Shown: positions 29,437 through 38,798, counted from the stretch's first letter. The stretch is DNA of 64,000 nucleotides from Acidobacteriota bacterium (GCA_027314025.1 DAHVCP010000058.1:25711-89710); one strand, 5' to 3'. Notes: generated by a model not told the origin, from the sequence alone. A program made the numbers and translations.

Positions 29437-29679
29437 GTTTGTCTGCTCGGACCAGCAGCTCAATCAGGCGGCGGCAGCCGAAGGGTTGCGTTTCCTAGAT
29501 CCGGCTGCGGTCGACTGAGCTGAGACTGATACCACAGCGCGCCGGCCCCAGCGCCGGCCGCGAAATTGCGGGCCGGCGCGGGCCCAGACCTAGGATTGGT
29601 AGGCTCCTCGTGCGTTAGGCTGGCGCCGGCGCCGCGCCGCAGGGGCGCCAATCCGCCGTGGTATAGTCCGAGGCACTGA

Positions 29680-30687
29680 ATGGCGGACGGCGCGCAAACA
29701 TCCGCGGCGGCCACGGCGCGGAATCGAGCTGCCGCGGAGGCGGCCGTCGTCGTCTCCGGGCTGAAGAAGTCCTATGGCCCGGTACGGGCGGTGGACGACG
29801 TCAGCTTTCAGATCCCGCCGGGCGAGGTCTTTGGACTGCTCGGTCCGAATGGCGCGGGCAAGACCTCAACCGTGGAGGTGCTGGCCGGGTTGCGGGCCGC
29901 CGATGGCGGCTATGTGCGCGTCTGCGGGTTGGATCCGGGCCGGGACGGAAGACGGCTGCAAGAGCGCATTGGCCCGCAGTTGCAGGCCACGATGTTGCCG
30001 GATAAATTGCGGGTCGAGGAGGCGCTGCGCCTTTTCGCGGGATTCTACGGCCGCGTCTTGCCGGTCGCTGGGCTGCTGGACCGGTTCGGCTTAACGGAGA
30101 AGCGCCGCACCTATTTTCAGCGGCTCTCCGGCGGCCAAAAGCAACGGCTGGCCCTGGCGCTCGCCTTGGTCAACGATCCGGAATTGGTGCTGCTGGATGA
30201 GCCAACCACGGGCCTTGACCCCCGCGTGCGGCGCGAGGTGCACGGCCTCATCGCAGGCTTGCGGGCGGAGCGGCGCACGGTGCTGCTGACCACTCATTAC
30301 ATAGAAGAAGCCGAACGGCTCTGTGACCGGGTCGCGGTCATGCATCGCGGGCACATCGTGGCCATGGGCCCACCGCGCCAGGTGGTCGCGGCGGCGGGTC
30401 TGGCCAGCGAGATGGAAATTCGGCTGGCCCAGCCGGCCGATTGCGGCACGCTCGCCACGCTGGATGCCGTGGCCGCCGCCTACGCGGCGGAGGGCGATGG
30501 CGGCGGCGCCGTCTACCGGCTAAGGGCCGACGCCGTGGCGCCGGCGGTGGTGGCGCTGGTGCGCTGGCTCGACCAGACGGGCAACCGCCTGCTCGACTTG
30601 CAATTGCGCCAGCCGACACTGGAGGACGCCTTCGTGCAAATGACCGCTCCTGACGGAGCGGATCGCGGCGAGGAGGGCCGAGGATAA
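29680..30687 (+). CDS. ABC transporter ATP-binding protein (ABC-2/DrrA-like exporter class)
   Basis: Walker A GLLGPNGAGKTS, signature LSGGQKQRLALA, Walker B LVLLDEPTTGLD. Confidence 0.9.
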   Translation: MADGAQTSAAATARNRAAAEAAVVVSGLKKSYGPVRAVDDVSFQIPPGEVFGLLGPNGAGKTSTVEVLAGLRAADGGYVRVCGLDPGRDGRRLQERIGPQLQATMLPDKLRVEEALRLFAGFYGRVLPVAGLLDRFGLTEKRRTYFQRLSGGQKQRLALALALVNDPELVLLDEPTTGLDPRVRREVHGLIAGLRAERRTVLLTTHYIEEAERLCDRVAVMHRGHIVAMGPPRQVVAAAGLASEMEIRLAQPADCGTLATLDAVAAAYAAEGDGGGAVYRLRADAVAPAVVALVRWLDQTGNRLLDLQLRQPTLEDAFVQMTAPDGADRGEEGRG

Positions 30688-30690
30688 GCG

Positions 30691-32160
30691 ATGCGCACGC
30701 TGCGAAACGGATGGCGTATGGGGCTGGTGGATCTGCGGCTGGCCGCGCGCACGCCCGCGGCGCTGTTTTTCACCTTCGTTTTTCCGCTGGTCTTTCTATT
30801 TGCCTACGGCGCCATCTTCGCCCAAGGCTCGCCGCGCATGGTGGCATATCTGTTTGGCCCGGTGGTGGTGCTGCAAATCCTGTCGAGCACGTTTTTCGGG
30901 CTTGGCATCCGCGTGGTGGCGATGCGGGAGCGCGGCATCCTGCGCCGTTACCGGCTGGCGCCGGTAGGCGCGGGGGCGATGGTGTTGGGCAACTTGTTGA
31001 CCAATTTCCTGCTGCTGGCGCCGACGATTGTCTTGCTGTTTGTTTGCGCCCGGCTGGCCTTCGGCATGCCCTGGCCCGGGAACGGCTGGGAAATCGCCGC
31101 GATCGTGCTCGTGGGTGATTTCGCTCTGGCTGGGTTTGGCCTGGTCATCGGCGCGTTGGCGGAATCCATGCAGGAAGCGCAGGTTTTCAGCAATGCGCTG
31201 TTCTTCCCGCTATTGTTTCTTTCCGGCGCCACCATTCCCTTGGCCGAGCTGCCGCATTGGCTGCAGCGCGTAGCCGCCTTTCTGCCGCCGACCTATCTGG
31301 TTGCCGGGTTCCAGCAGGCGATGGAGGGCAGCGGCCGCGGCGCGCTTCCGCCGGCGCAGCTCTTGGCCCTGGTCGCATCCGGCGTGTTGGGTCTGCTCGC
31401 CGCGGTGCAATTGTTCCGCTGGGACAAGGAAGAGCGGCTGCCGGCGCGCCGGAAGATGGCGGCGCTGGCGCTGGCCGTGCCGTTCCTTTTGACGGGCGCC
31501 TGGATGAATGCCCACCCGGCGGGCCTGGCGGCCTGGCGCCAGCCCCTGGCCGTGGCGACCGAGTCAACGGCAGCGAAGCAGCCCGCGTCCAGCCGACAAA
31601 AGACTGCCGGCGCCGCGCCCAGACAGGCCGCCACTCCGGCGGCCGCCGCGCCCAGCGGGCCCGTGCTAGTGAGCGCCTTCGCCGATCCTGGCGGGCCGCC
31701 GCGCACCCGCATCGGCGCCGGCTGGGCCGCCATGACCGACACCTTCCTGGGCGGGGACTCGCAGGCAAGCCTGAAGGTCATCGCGGGTGGCGCTCCCGGC
31801 AGCCGCGGTTCGCTGCTCATCACTGGGACCGTCGCCGGCGGCATCGCGCAACCCTGGGCGGGCGCGGCGTTCTATCCCGGCCCGGGCCCCTGGGCGCCGG
31901 CGGACTTGTCGGCGTGGCGCACCATCACGTTTTGGGCCCGCGGCGGCCGGCACGCCGCGACCTATGCCCTGGTCCTGCTGACCGCCCAGCGCCGCACCGA
32001 CCCGCCGGTGAAGACCTTTACCGCCGGCCCGCGCTGGCGCCGCGTCACCATCTCCCTCGCCGCGATGACCCCATACCGAAACGAGGTCGAGGCAGTCCTT
32101 TTCGCCGCGGTGCAGCCAGGTGCGTTCCGGCTGCAATTGGACCGGGTGGGCTTGCGCTAG
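30691..32160 (+). CDS. ABC-2 type permease fused to a C-terminal about 200-aa soluble beta-sandwich-like domain (CIA30/CBM11-like guess)
   Basis: The N-terminal about 260 aa have 6 TM segments with the ABC-2 pattern. An Ala/Pro/Thr linker follows. Then GAGWAAMTDTFLGGDSQASLKV...ITFWARGG...FRLQLDRVGLR. Confidence 0.8.
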   Translation: MRTLRNGWRMGLVDLRLAARTPAALFFTFVFPLVFLFAYGAIFAQGSPRMVAYLFGPVVVLQILSSTFFGLGIRVVAMRERGILRRYRLAPVGAGAMVLGNLLTNFLLLAPTIVLLFVCARLAFGMPWPGNGWEIAAIVLVGDFALAGFGLVIGALAESMQEAQVFSNALFFPLLFLSGATIPLAELPHWLQRVAAFLPPTYLVAGFQQAMEGSGRGALPPAQLLALVASGVLGLLAAVQLFRWDKEERLPARRKMAALALAVPFLLTGAWMNAHPAGLAAWRQPLAVATESTAAKQPASSRQKTAGAAPRQAATPAAAAPSGPVLVSAFADPGGPPRTRIGAGWAAMTDTFLGGDSQASLKVIAGGAPGSRGSLLITGTVAGGIAQPWAGAAFYPGPGPWAPADLSAWRTITFWARGGRHAATYALVLLTAQRRTDPPVKTFTAGPRWRRVTISLAAMTPYRNEVEAVLFAAVQPGAFRLQLDRVGLR

Positions 32161-32193
32161 TTGGCAACGGCCGGCAGCCAGCCGGCAGGACGC

Positions 32194-32949
32194 TCAGCCC
32201 CTGGCGCGGGCGGGGCGTTGAACCCGCTCGGCCACCAGGTTCTGCGAGCGCAGCAGGCTTTCGAAGGTGCCCGCGTCGGTCCACCATCCCTCCAGGCGGG
32301 AAAACTCCAGGGCGTCTTCGGCGATGTACATGTTATTGACGTCGGTAATCTCAAGCTCCTGCCGCGCCGAGGGCCGGCAGCGGGCGATTTTGTCGAACAC
32401 GGTAGCGTCGTAAAAATAAATGCCCGTGACCGCCAGGTTCGATGCCGGGCGGGCCGGTTTTTCTTCGATCCGGATCACCCGGGTTCCGGACGCATCGAGC
32501 ACCGCGACGCCAAAACGTTCCGGATCGGGGACTTCCTGCAAGAGCAGGCGGGCGCCGCGCGGCTGCGCCAGGAAGGCTTCCTTGGCGGCGATGATGTCGC
32601 GCTCAATCAAGTTGTCGCCCAGCACCACGCAGATCGGCGAGCCAGCGGCGAAATCCTTCGCCAGGGCCAAGGCCGCGGCGATGCCGCCTTCACCCCGTTG
32701 GTAGGCGTAGCGCAGCGAGCAGTTCAGCTCCTCGCCGTTCTCCAGCAGTCGAAGGAAATCCCCGGCGTTGTGGCCGCCGGTGACCAACAGGACCTCTTCA
32801 ATCCCGGCCCGCACCAGCATCTCGATGGGGTAATAGATCATCGGCCGGTCGTAGACCGGCAGCAGATGCTTGTTGGTGATTTTCGTCAGCGGCAGCAGCC
32901 GCGTGCCCAAACCACCGGCGAGGATGACGCCCTTCACGTTCTGGCTCAT
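32194..32949 (-). CDS. rfbA: Glucose-1-phosphate thymidylyltransferase (short RmlA-like)
   Basis: KGVILAGGLGTRLLPLTKITNKHLLPVYDRPMIYYPIEML. The ATG at 32949 overlaps the rfbC stop (ATGA). Confidence 0.8.
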   Translation of the reverse strand: MSQNVKGVILAGGLGTRLLPLTKITNKHLLPVYDRPMIYYPIEMLVRAGIEEVLLVTGGHNAGDFLRLLENGEELNCSLRYAYQRGEGGIAAALALAKDFAAGSPICVVLGDNLIERDIIAAKEAFLAQPRGARLLLQEVPDPERFGVAVLDASGTRVIRIEEKPARPASNLAVTGIYFYDATVFDKIARCRPSARQELEITDVNNMYIAEDALEFSRLEGWWTDAGTFESLLRSQNLVAERVQRPARARG

Positions 32950-33512
32950 TTGTACTGGTATTCCCAATCGTAGTTGAGGCCTGCATCGTTGTAGGGGATG
33001 CGGCCCTCGTCGGTGGGATCGTAAAAGCGGTTGGTCGCGTACACCAGTTGCGCCGCCGCGGCGCCGATCACCTTGTAGCCGTGGCCCACTCCGGGCGGAA
33101 TTCGCAGCCTCCACGGACGCCATTCGCCGACGTACAACGTGTTGACCCCGCCATGCGTCGGCGAATCTGGGCGCAGATCAAAGAGCACGACCTGCAACAT
33201 CCCGCGGATCGGCGCCCAGAGATCGGTCTGATGCCGATGAAAATGCACGGCCTTGATCGTGCCCGGGTGCGAAAGCGCCGTGGACACTTGAATCGCTCCG
33301 GTGAAGTCCCGGGCGATGCCGGGCTGGCCGAAGCGGAACAGTTCCGCGAAAAATCCGCGGTCGTCGGGAAAGAGCGTGGCCGGCTCGATCTCAACGCCGG
33401 CGATCAGGCCCTCCGCGCCGGCCTGGGCAATCACCTTGCCGATGTCGCGTTGCGACCGGCGAAAGGGCTGGATGGCAATCGGAGCGGGCATGGAAGCGGC
33501 GGAGTGCGTCAT
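32946..33512 (-). CDS. rfbC: dTDP-4-dehydrorhamnose 3,5-epimerase (cupin)
   Basis: DDRGFFAELFR...HPGTIKAVHFHRHQTDLWAPIRGMLQVVLFDLR...PPGVGHGYKV. ATGA overlap with the rfbB stop. Confidence 0.85.
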   Translation of the reverse strand: MTHSAASMPAPIAIQPFRRSQRDIGKVIAQAGAEGLIAGVEIEPATLFPDDRGFFAELFRFGQPGIARDFTGAIQVSTALSHPGTIKAVHFHRHQTDLWAPIRGMLQVVLFDLRPDSPTHGGVNTLYVGEWRPWRLRIPPGVGHGYKVIGAAAAQLVYATNRFYDPTDEGRIPYNDAGLNYDWEYQYK

Positions 33513-34537
33513 TGCGCGGTGCGCGCCTGGGCGAGCCGGGTGGCATATTGAGACTGATAATACTGGCGGAAGCTCCCGTCCCGGATGTGGGCAACCCAGT
33601 CCGGATGCTGCCGATACCAGCTTACGGTCCGCCCCAGCCCGTCGTCGAAGGCCACGTGGGGCCGCCAGCCAAGTTCTCGGCGGGCGCGGGTGGAATCGAG
33701 CGAGTAGCGAAAATCGTGACCGGGGCGGTCGGGCACGAAGCGGATCAGCGATTCGCTGGCGCCGGTCAACTGGAGCAATCGCCGCACCAGGGAGAGATTG
33801 TCCAGCTCGTCATCGCCGCCGAGATTGTACACCTCGCCGGGCATTCCGCGTTCCAGCGCGGCGAGGATGCCGGCGCAGTGGTCCTGGGCATGAATCCAAT
33901 TGCGGACGTTCTTCCCCTCGCCATAGACCGGGATCGGTTCGCCCGCGAGGGCATGCGTGATGACCAGGGGTATGAATTTTTCCGGGAACTGATAGGCGCC
34001 GTAGTTGTTGCTGGCGCGGGTGGTCAGCACCGGCTGCCGATGGGTATGAAAGGCGGCGCGCACCAGCATGTCGGCCGCGGCCTTGGACGCGGCATACGGG
34101 GAGTTGGGCGCCAGCGGACTGGATTCCGTGAAGCGGCCCTGTGCGCCCAGCGCGCCGTACACTTCGTCCGTGCTCACGAACAGAAAGCGCGGCGTTTGCG
34201 CCTGGCGGGCGGCGTCCAGCAGAGTTTGCGTGCCTTGCACGTTGGTGCGGATGAAGGCCGTCGCGTCCAAGATGCTGCGGTCCACGTGGGACTCGGCGGC
34301 GAAATGCACCACCGCGTCCACGCCGGGCAATAGCTGGTCCAGCAAGGCGCGGTCGCAGACGTCGCCATGCACAAAGCGATACCGCGGCTCCGCGTCGAGA
34401 GCCGCCAGATTTTCCAGGTTGCCCGCGTAGGTCAGCGCGTCGAGATTGAGGATCTCCCAATCCGGGCGTTGCGCCAACACGTACTGCACAAAATTGGCGC
34501 CAATGAAGCCGGCGCCGCCAGTCACCAAAACGCGCAT
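33509..34537 (-). CDS. rfbB: dTDP-glucose 4,6-dehydratase
   Basis: MRVLVTGGAGFIGANFV...LDALTYAGNLENL...STDEVYG...SPYAASKAAADMLV. Confidence 0.93.
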   Translation of the reverse strand: MRVLVTGGAGFIGANFVQYVLAQRPDWEILNLDALTYAGNLENLAALDAEPRYRFVHGDVCDRALLDQLLPGVDAVVHFAAESHVDRSILDATAFIRTNVQGTQTLLDAARQAQTPRFLFVSTDEVYGALGAQGRFTESSPLAPNSPYAASKAAADMLVRAAFHTHRQPVLTTRASNNYGAYQFPEKFIPLVITHALAGEPIPVYGEGKNVRNWIHAQDHCAGILAALERGMPGEVYNLGGDDELDNLSLVRRLLQLTGASESLIRFVPDRPGHDFRYSLDSTRARRELGWRPHVAFDDGLGRTVSWYRQHPDWVAHIRDGSFRQYYQSQYATRLAQARTAQ

Positions 34538-34560
34538 AAAGGCCCTATTATGCGGCCAAA

Positions 34561-35289
34561 TTACCCTCCAAAGCGGAACAGATCCGCCCCTTGCTCGGCC
34601 GCCGCCCGCGCCCGAGCGAGCCGATCCGGCGTGCCAATGTCCACCAGCGGCCCGTCGGCCGCCAGCGCCGCCATGCGGCCATCCAGGTACTGGGGCAGAA
34701 TCTCGCGCTCCAGGGAGACGGCGCGGCCGGCGGGAACGGCGGCCAGCACCTCGCGGCGGAATAGATAAATGCCGGCGTTATGCATCGCCGCCCCGGCGAC
34801 GGCCTGCTTTTCGGCAAATGCGCGCACCCGTCCGCCGGCGTCCACCCGCAGTGAGCCGGCGTCGTCGCGATCCTCGGCTGTGGCCGAGACCAGGACAATC
34901 TCCGCGCCGGTGGCTCGCTGCCGCGCCAGCAACCCGGCGCCGTCGAACGGCGCCCAGCTGTCACCATTGAGCGCCAAAACGAACGCGCCGCGCAGCTGCG
35001 CCAGCGCCAGACGCAGCGCGCCGGCCGTGCCCAGCGGTTCGGTCTCCTCCGAGAACAACACTTCCGTCCCACAGTCGCGGCGGCGGAAAAAATCCCGGAT
35101 CTGTTCCCTGCCCTGGCCGGTGCACAACACCACGCGCGGCACGCCTTGCCGCGCCAGCGCGGCGATCAGCCCCGCCAAAAAGGGCTGACCGCCGAGGGCC
35201 ACCATCGGCTTGGGCACGCCCAGCTTCAGGGCTTGCAGCCGCGTGCCAAAGCCGCCGCACAAAATGGCGGCGTCAGGAGTGGTAGCCAT
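34561..35289 (-). CDS. Sugar-1-phosphate nucleotidyltransferase (HddC/ManC-N-like)
   Basis: The internal ATG at 35289 gives MATTPDAAILCGGFGTRLQALKLGVPKPMVALGGQPFL...EPLGTAGAL. The upstream part of ORF 34561..35499 overlaps the GT4 3' end and looks non-coding. Confidence 0.75.
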   Translation of the reverse strand: MATTPDAAILCGGFGTRLQALKLGVPKPMVALGGQPFLAGLIAALARQGVPRVVLCTGQGREQIRDFFRRRDCGTEVLFSEETEPLGTAGALRLALAQLRGAFVLALNGDSWAPFDGAGLLARQRATGAEIVLVSATAEDRDDAGSLRVDAGGRVRAFAEKQAVAGAAMHNAGIYLFRREVLAAVPAGRAVSLEREILPQYLDGRMAALAADGPLVDIGTPDRLARARAAAEQGADLFRFGG

Positions 35290-36580
35290 CGTGCGGATTC
35301 TGCGTTGGCGGGGACGCTCTGGCCACGCCGGCGGCAGCCGCCGCCGCTGTTGGCGGCGCGGCATCGCCGCCCTCGCCGTGCCATCGCTCCAAACAACTGG
35401 AGACGAAATCCGCCATGCGCGGATAGAAGCGGCTGACATCAAAGCGCTCCGCTTGCTCCCGCAACACCGCGGGAGAGAATTCCGCCTCGTGTTCCTCAAA
35501 AGCGGTCATGGCAGCCACCAGGCCGTCCGCGCTCTGCTCCGGAAAGAATACCCCGGTCGCGTCCGGGGGCATCGGCTGCCCGAGCCACCAACCCCGCACG
35601 GTTTCCAGGGCGCCACCCCGGCCGAAGGCGATCACCGGTGCGCCGCTGGCCTGCGCCTCGATCGGCGTAACGCCTTGATCCTCCTCGCCCGGGAATAACA
35701 GCGCGCGGCACCGGCTGTAATGCTCGCGTACGGCGGCGCCGGAACAACCACCCAGCATACGCACGGTTGAGCCCGCACGCCGCCGTAGCGCCGCCGCCTC
35801 TTCACCGGAACCGATGACCACCAACTGCCGGCCTAGGCGGTTGCAGGCCTCGATGGCCAGGTCCACGCGTTTATACCCGACCAGGCGCGAGACCACCAGA
35901 TAGAAGGGCTCCCGCTGCACGGCGGCCTGGAACGACCCAGTGTCGATCGGACAGTAAATGACCGTGGCGTCCCGCCGGTAGAACTTCCGGATCCTGCGGG
36001 CGCTGGTGAGGCTATTGGTGGCGAAGAAATCCGGACGGGATGCCGTGGCCAGGTCCCACTGCCGCACATAATGGCTGGACAGCGCGAAGACAGCGCGGCC
36101 CAGGGCGCCACCCGGCGCCTGGCGGCGGTATTCCGGGTACATCTCCCACAAATAACGCATCGGGGAATGGCAATAACAGATATGGCACGTCTTGGTGCCG
36201 GTCACGACGCCCTTGGCAGGGCCCGAGTCGGAGCTGATGACCAGGTCATAACCGCTCAGATCAAATTGCTCCAAAGCCAGTGGAAATAACGGCAGGAACA
36301 GGCGGTGGTAGCGGCGTGAGCCGGGCACCTTCTGCAGCCAGGAGGTGGTCAGCTTCCGGCCGCGCAGCCGTATTGGAATCCCTTCGGGCCGGGCAGTGAG
36401 GGCAAACAGGTCGGCCTGCGGGAAAAGTTCGGCGAGGTGGGCGACGAACCCCTCGCCGCCGCCCTGGCGAACAAACCAATGGTGAACGATCGCCACTCGC
36501 AGGTGGGCAAAGCGCCGGATCAAATCGGGCAACGGAGTTGGGCCGGATCGAGCCCGGTCCGCATTAGGCGTGATGGCCAT
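35273..36580 (-). CDS. Glycosyltransferase family 4 (GT-B)
   Basis: LRVAIVHHWFVRQGGGE N-domain and ...ALLFPGEEDQGVTPIEAQASGAPVIAFGRGGALETV C-domain (E-x7-E-like). Confidence 0.85.
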   Translation of the reverse strand: MAITPNADRARSGPTPLPDLIRRFAHLRVAIVHHWFVRQGGGEGFVAHLAELFPQADLFALTARPEGIPIRLRGRKLTTSWLQKVPGSRRYHRLFLPLFPLALEQFDLSGYDLVISSDSGPAKGVVTGTKTCHICYCHSPMRYLWEMYPEYRRQAPGGALGRAVFALSSHYVRQWDLATASRPDFFATNSLTSARRIRKFYRRDATVIYCPIDTGSFQAAVQREPFYLVVSRLVGYKRVDLAIEACNRLGRQLVVIGSGEEAAALRRRAGSTVRMLGGCSGAAVREHYSRCRALLFPGEEDQGVTPIEAQASGAPVIAFGRGGALETVRGWWLGQPMPPDATGVFFPEQSADGLVAAMTAFEEHEAEFSPAVLREQAERFDVSRFYPRMADFVSSCLERWHGEGGDAAPPTAAAAAAGVARASPPTQNPHDGYHS

Positions 36581-37610
36581 AGACGCGCTGGCGGTCCCGC
36601 GCCAGGTCGGCGGAAAACGGCTCGCGCCGCTCGTAGTGAATCAGCTCGCTGCCGGAAGCGGAAAAGCGGAAGGGAACCAAAAGCAGCCGGTCGAGCGCCT
36701 GGCGCACCCGGGCTTGGCACTCCGGGGGCACGAAAAACAGCATGAAACCGCCGCCCCCCGCGCCCAGCAGCTTGCCGCCCAGGGCGCCCGCCTGGCAGGC
36801 GGTGGCATAGATTTCATCCAGGGCGCTATTGCTGATGTTGTCAGCCAGTTGCCGCTTCAGCCGCCAAGTCTCGTCAAGCAATGCGCCGAACTCCGCCAGC
36901 GGACGGGCGCTGTCGGTCAATACTCTGGCCGCCCTGTCCACCAGCTGCCGCATCGCCGCCAGTTCGTCCTGGCGCTGCGGCGTGTTGGCGATCTGTTGCC
37001 GCGCGATCTCCGAGGCGGTGCGGGTAAAGCCGGTGAAGAAGAGCAGGAAGTGGCGCTGGAGCTGTGCCAGACGCTCCGGCGCCGTGACGACGGGCTGCAC
37101 GCTCACCGTTCCGTCCTGGGCGAAGCGGATCAGGTTGAAGCCGCCGTGGGCGGCAAACGCCTGATCCTGCGCGCCCACGTTCTCCCGCAACAGCACCTGC
37201 TCCACATGGATCGCCTCGGCGGCCAGCTCCGCGCGGTCGCGCATTTCGCCGCGCAGGGCATGGAGCGCGTGGAGCAAGCCCACGGTAAAGGCGGAACTGG
37301 TCCCCAGCCCGGTGCGCGCCGGCAAGTCGGCGTCGTGGTGAATCTCGACCCCGTCGCCCATGCCGAGATGGGTGAGGCAGGCGCGGATGGAGGGATGCTC
37401 GAAATCGCAGTTGGCCGCCACGTTTTCGATCTTGGAATAGATGGCGCGGCTGTGATGGGCGAAAAATGGCGGCAGGTAGCGGCAGGTGATGTAGCAATAC
37501 TTGTCAATCGCCGCCCCCAGCACGGCCCCGCCGTGCTCGCGGTACCAGATCGGATAATCGGTCCCTCCGCCAAAGAACGAGATGCGAAACGGCGTGCGCG
37601 TAATGACCAT
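36564..37610 (-). CDS. GHMP-family sugar kinase (HddA-like, D-glycero-D-manno-heptose-7-P / sugar-1-kinase type)
   Basis: TRTPFRISFFGGGTDYPIWY..., PARTGLGTSSAFTVGLLHAL (GHMP motif 2), GKLLGAGGGGFMLFF (motif 3). Confidence 0.85.
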   Translation of the reverse strand: MVITRTPFRISFFGGGTDYPIWYREHGGAVLGAAIDKYCYITCRYLPPFFAHHSRAIYSKIENVAANCDFEHPSIRACLTHLGMGDGVEIHHDADLPARTGLGTSSAFTVGLLHALHALRGEMRDRAELAAEAIHVEQVLLRENVGAQDQAFAAHGGFNLIRFAQDGTVSVQPVVTAPERLAQLQRHFLLFFTGFTRTASEIARQQIANTPQRQDELAAMRQLVDRAARVLTDSARPLAEFGALLDETWRLKRQLADNISNSALDEIYATACQAGALGGKLLGAGGGGFMLFFVPPECQARVRQALDRLLLVPFRFSASGSELIHYERREPFSADLARDRQRVYGHHA

Positions 37611-37617
37611 CGGTATA

Positions 37618-38487
37618 TTATCCCCGTGCGGCGGACCGTGACTGCAAATAGCGGGCTAGGGTGTCTTCCCACTGCGGCATCGGCGCCAGACCGGCAGCCC
37701 GCAACTGCTCCTTGGCCAGCACGGAATAGTGGGGCCGGCGGACGGAACTCGCAAAGGCGGCGGAATCCACCGGCGTCAGGTCCGGGTGCAGGCCGGCGAG
37801 CGCAAAGATTTTGGCCGCGAACTCGAACCAGGAACACTGTCCCTCATTGGTGGCGTGGTAGATGCCAAAGCGCTCGGTGGCCAGCAACTCGATCACCCTC
37901 GCCGCGAGATCCACCGTATATGTGGGCGTCAGCACCTGGTCATGAACGACCCGGATCCGCTCGCCCGCGGCGGCTTTTTTCAACATCGTCTCCACGAAGT
38001 TGCCGCCTTTGCCCGCGCTCCCAGCCACCCCGTACAAGCCGGTCGTGCGCACGATGAAATAGCGCTGGCAATTGGCCGCCAGCAGGTATTCTCCCGCCAA
38101 CTTGGACATTCCATAGGCGTTCAGCGGCCGCGGTCGGTCGCTCTCTAGGTAGGGCGTCCGCTGCTCGCCGTCGAATACGTAATCGGTGCTGAAGTGCATC
38201 AGCATCGCACCGTGGCGCTGGCAGGCCCGGGCCAGATTCAGCGCGCCCAAGGCATTGGTGGCGAAGGCCTCTTCCGGCTGGCGCTCGCAGGTCTCCACAT
38301 GATGGAACGCCGCCGTGCTGATGACGGCCTCCGGGCGCTCGGCCGCCACCTGCGCCTCCACCGCCGCGGCGTCGCGCACGTCCAGTTCGGCATGCGTGCG
38401 CGGCACGACCACATGGCCGTCCGCTTGGGCGGCGGCCTCCAGATCGCGGCCCAGCTGGCCCCGCGCCCCGATCAGCACAATCCTCAC
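37618..38487 (-). CDS. rfbD: dTDP-4-dehydrorhamnose reductase
   Basis: GTG 38487 gives VRIVLIGARGQLGRDL. Then FSTDYVFDG and NAYGMSKLAGE, the RmlD signatures. The 67-codon N-terminal extension of the ORF is antisense to a beta-helix gene fragment. Confidence 0.85.
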   Translation of the reverse strand: MRIVLIGARGQLGRDLEAAAQADGHVVVPRTHAELDVRDAAAVEAQVAAERPEAVISTAAFHHVETCERQPEEAFATNALGALNLARACQRHGAMLMHFSTDYVFDGEQRTPYLESDRPRPLNAYGMSKLAGEYLLAANCQRYFIVRTTGLYGVAGSAGKGGNFVETMLKKAAAGERIRVVHDQVLTPTYTVDLAARVIELLATERFGIYHATNEGQCSWFEFAAKIFALAGLHPDLTPVDSAAFASSVRRPHYSVLAKEQLRAAGLAPMPQWEDTLARYLQSRSAARG

Positions 38488-38529
38488 TCCGCAGCCGCCC
38501 TCGCCGCAGCCAAGGGGCCTGACCCCATC

Positions 38530-38716
38530 TGTCGCATCTCCCAATAAGGGTAACCCGCCACCCGACGGTGCTAGATCGGCGGCTAATGTCCCCGCGCGGC
38601 AGCCGCTAGCGCGGGGAGCTGGGGCCTGCGCCCCCGGCGCCGTCACCGTCAGCGTCCGTGCCGTCGTCGCCGCCACCCCCGCCGCCACGGCCTACGCCGT
38701 TCGCGTCCTGCCATAG
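38530..38716 (+). pseudogene. Promoterless 3'-terminal fragment of a beta-helix (P1-like) gene
   Basis: The frame of ORF 38315..38716 ends ...APGAVTVSVRAVVAATPAATAYAVRVLP*. The full-length gene at 42122 ends ...SPGTVSVKLCAVVAARPAATVFQVRVLP*. Nucleotide similarity continues a few tens of nt past both TAG stops. The 5' boundary is approximate. Confidence 0.55.
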
Positions 38717-38798
38717 CGCCCCGCACGCGCCCGGCCCGCCTTCCCAAAACGGCAACCGGCCCCAGGGCGGCGGCGACGGCACAGGATTGGGAACCGTC

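Noticed and set aside
29658-29666. Extended -10 promoter TGgTATAGT for the ABC transporter.
   Set aside because: It has no acceptable -35. Its position would place the TSS downstream of the GAGG that looks like the SD. It is a sequence match only, so I did not list it as a feature.
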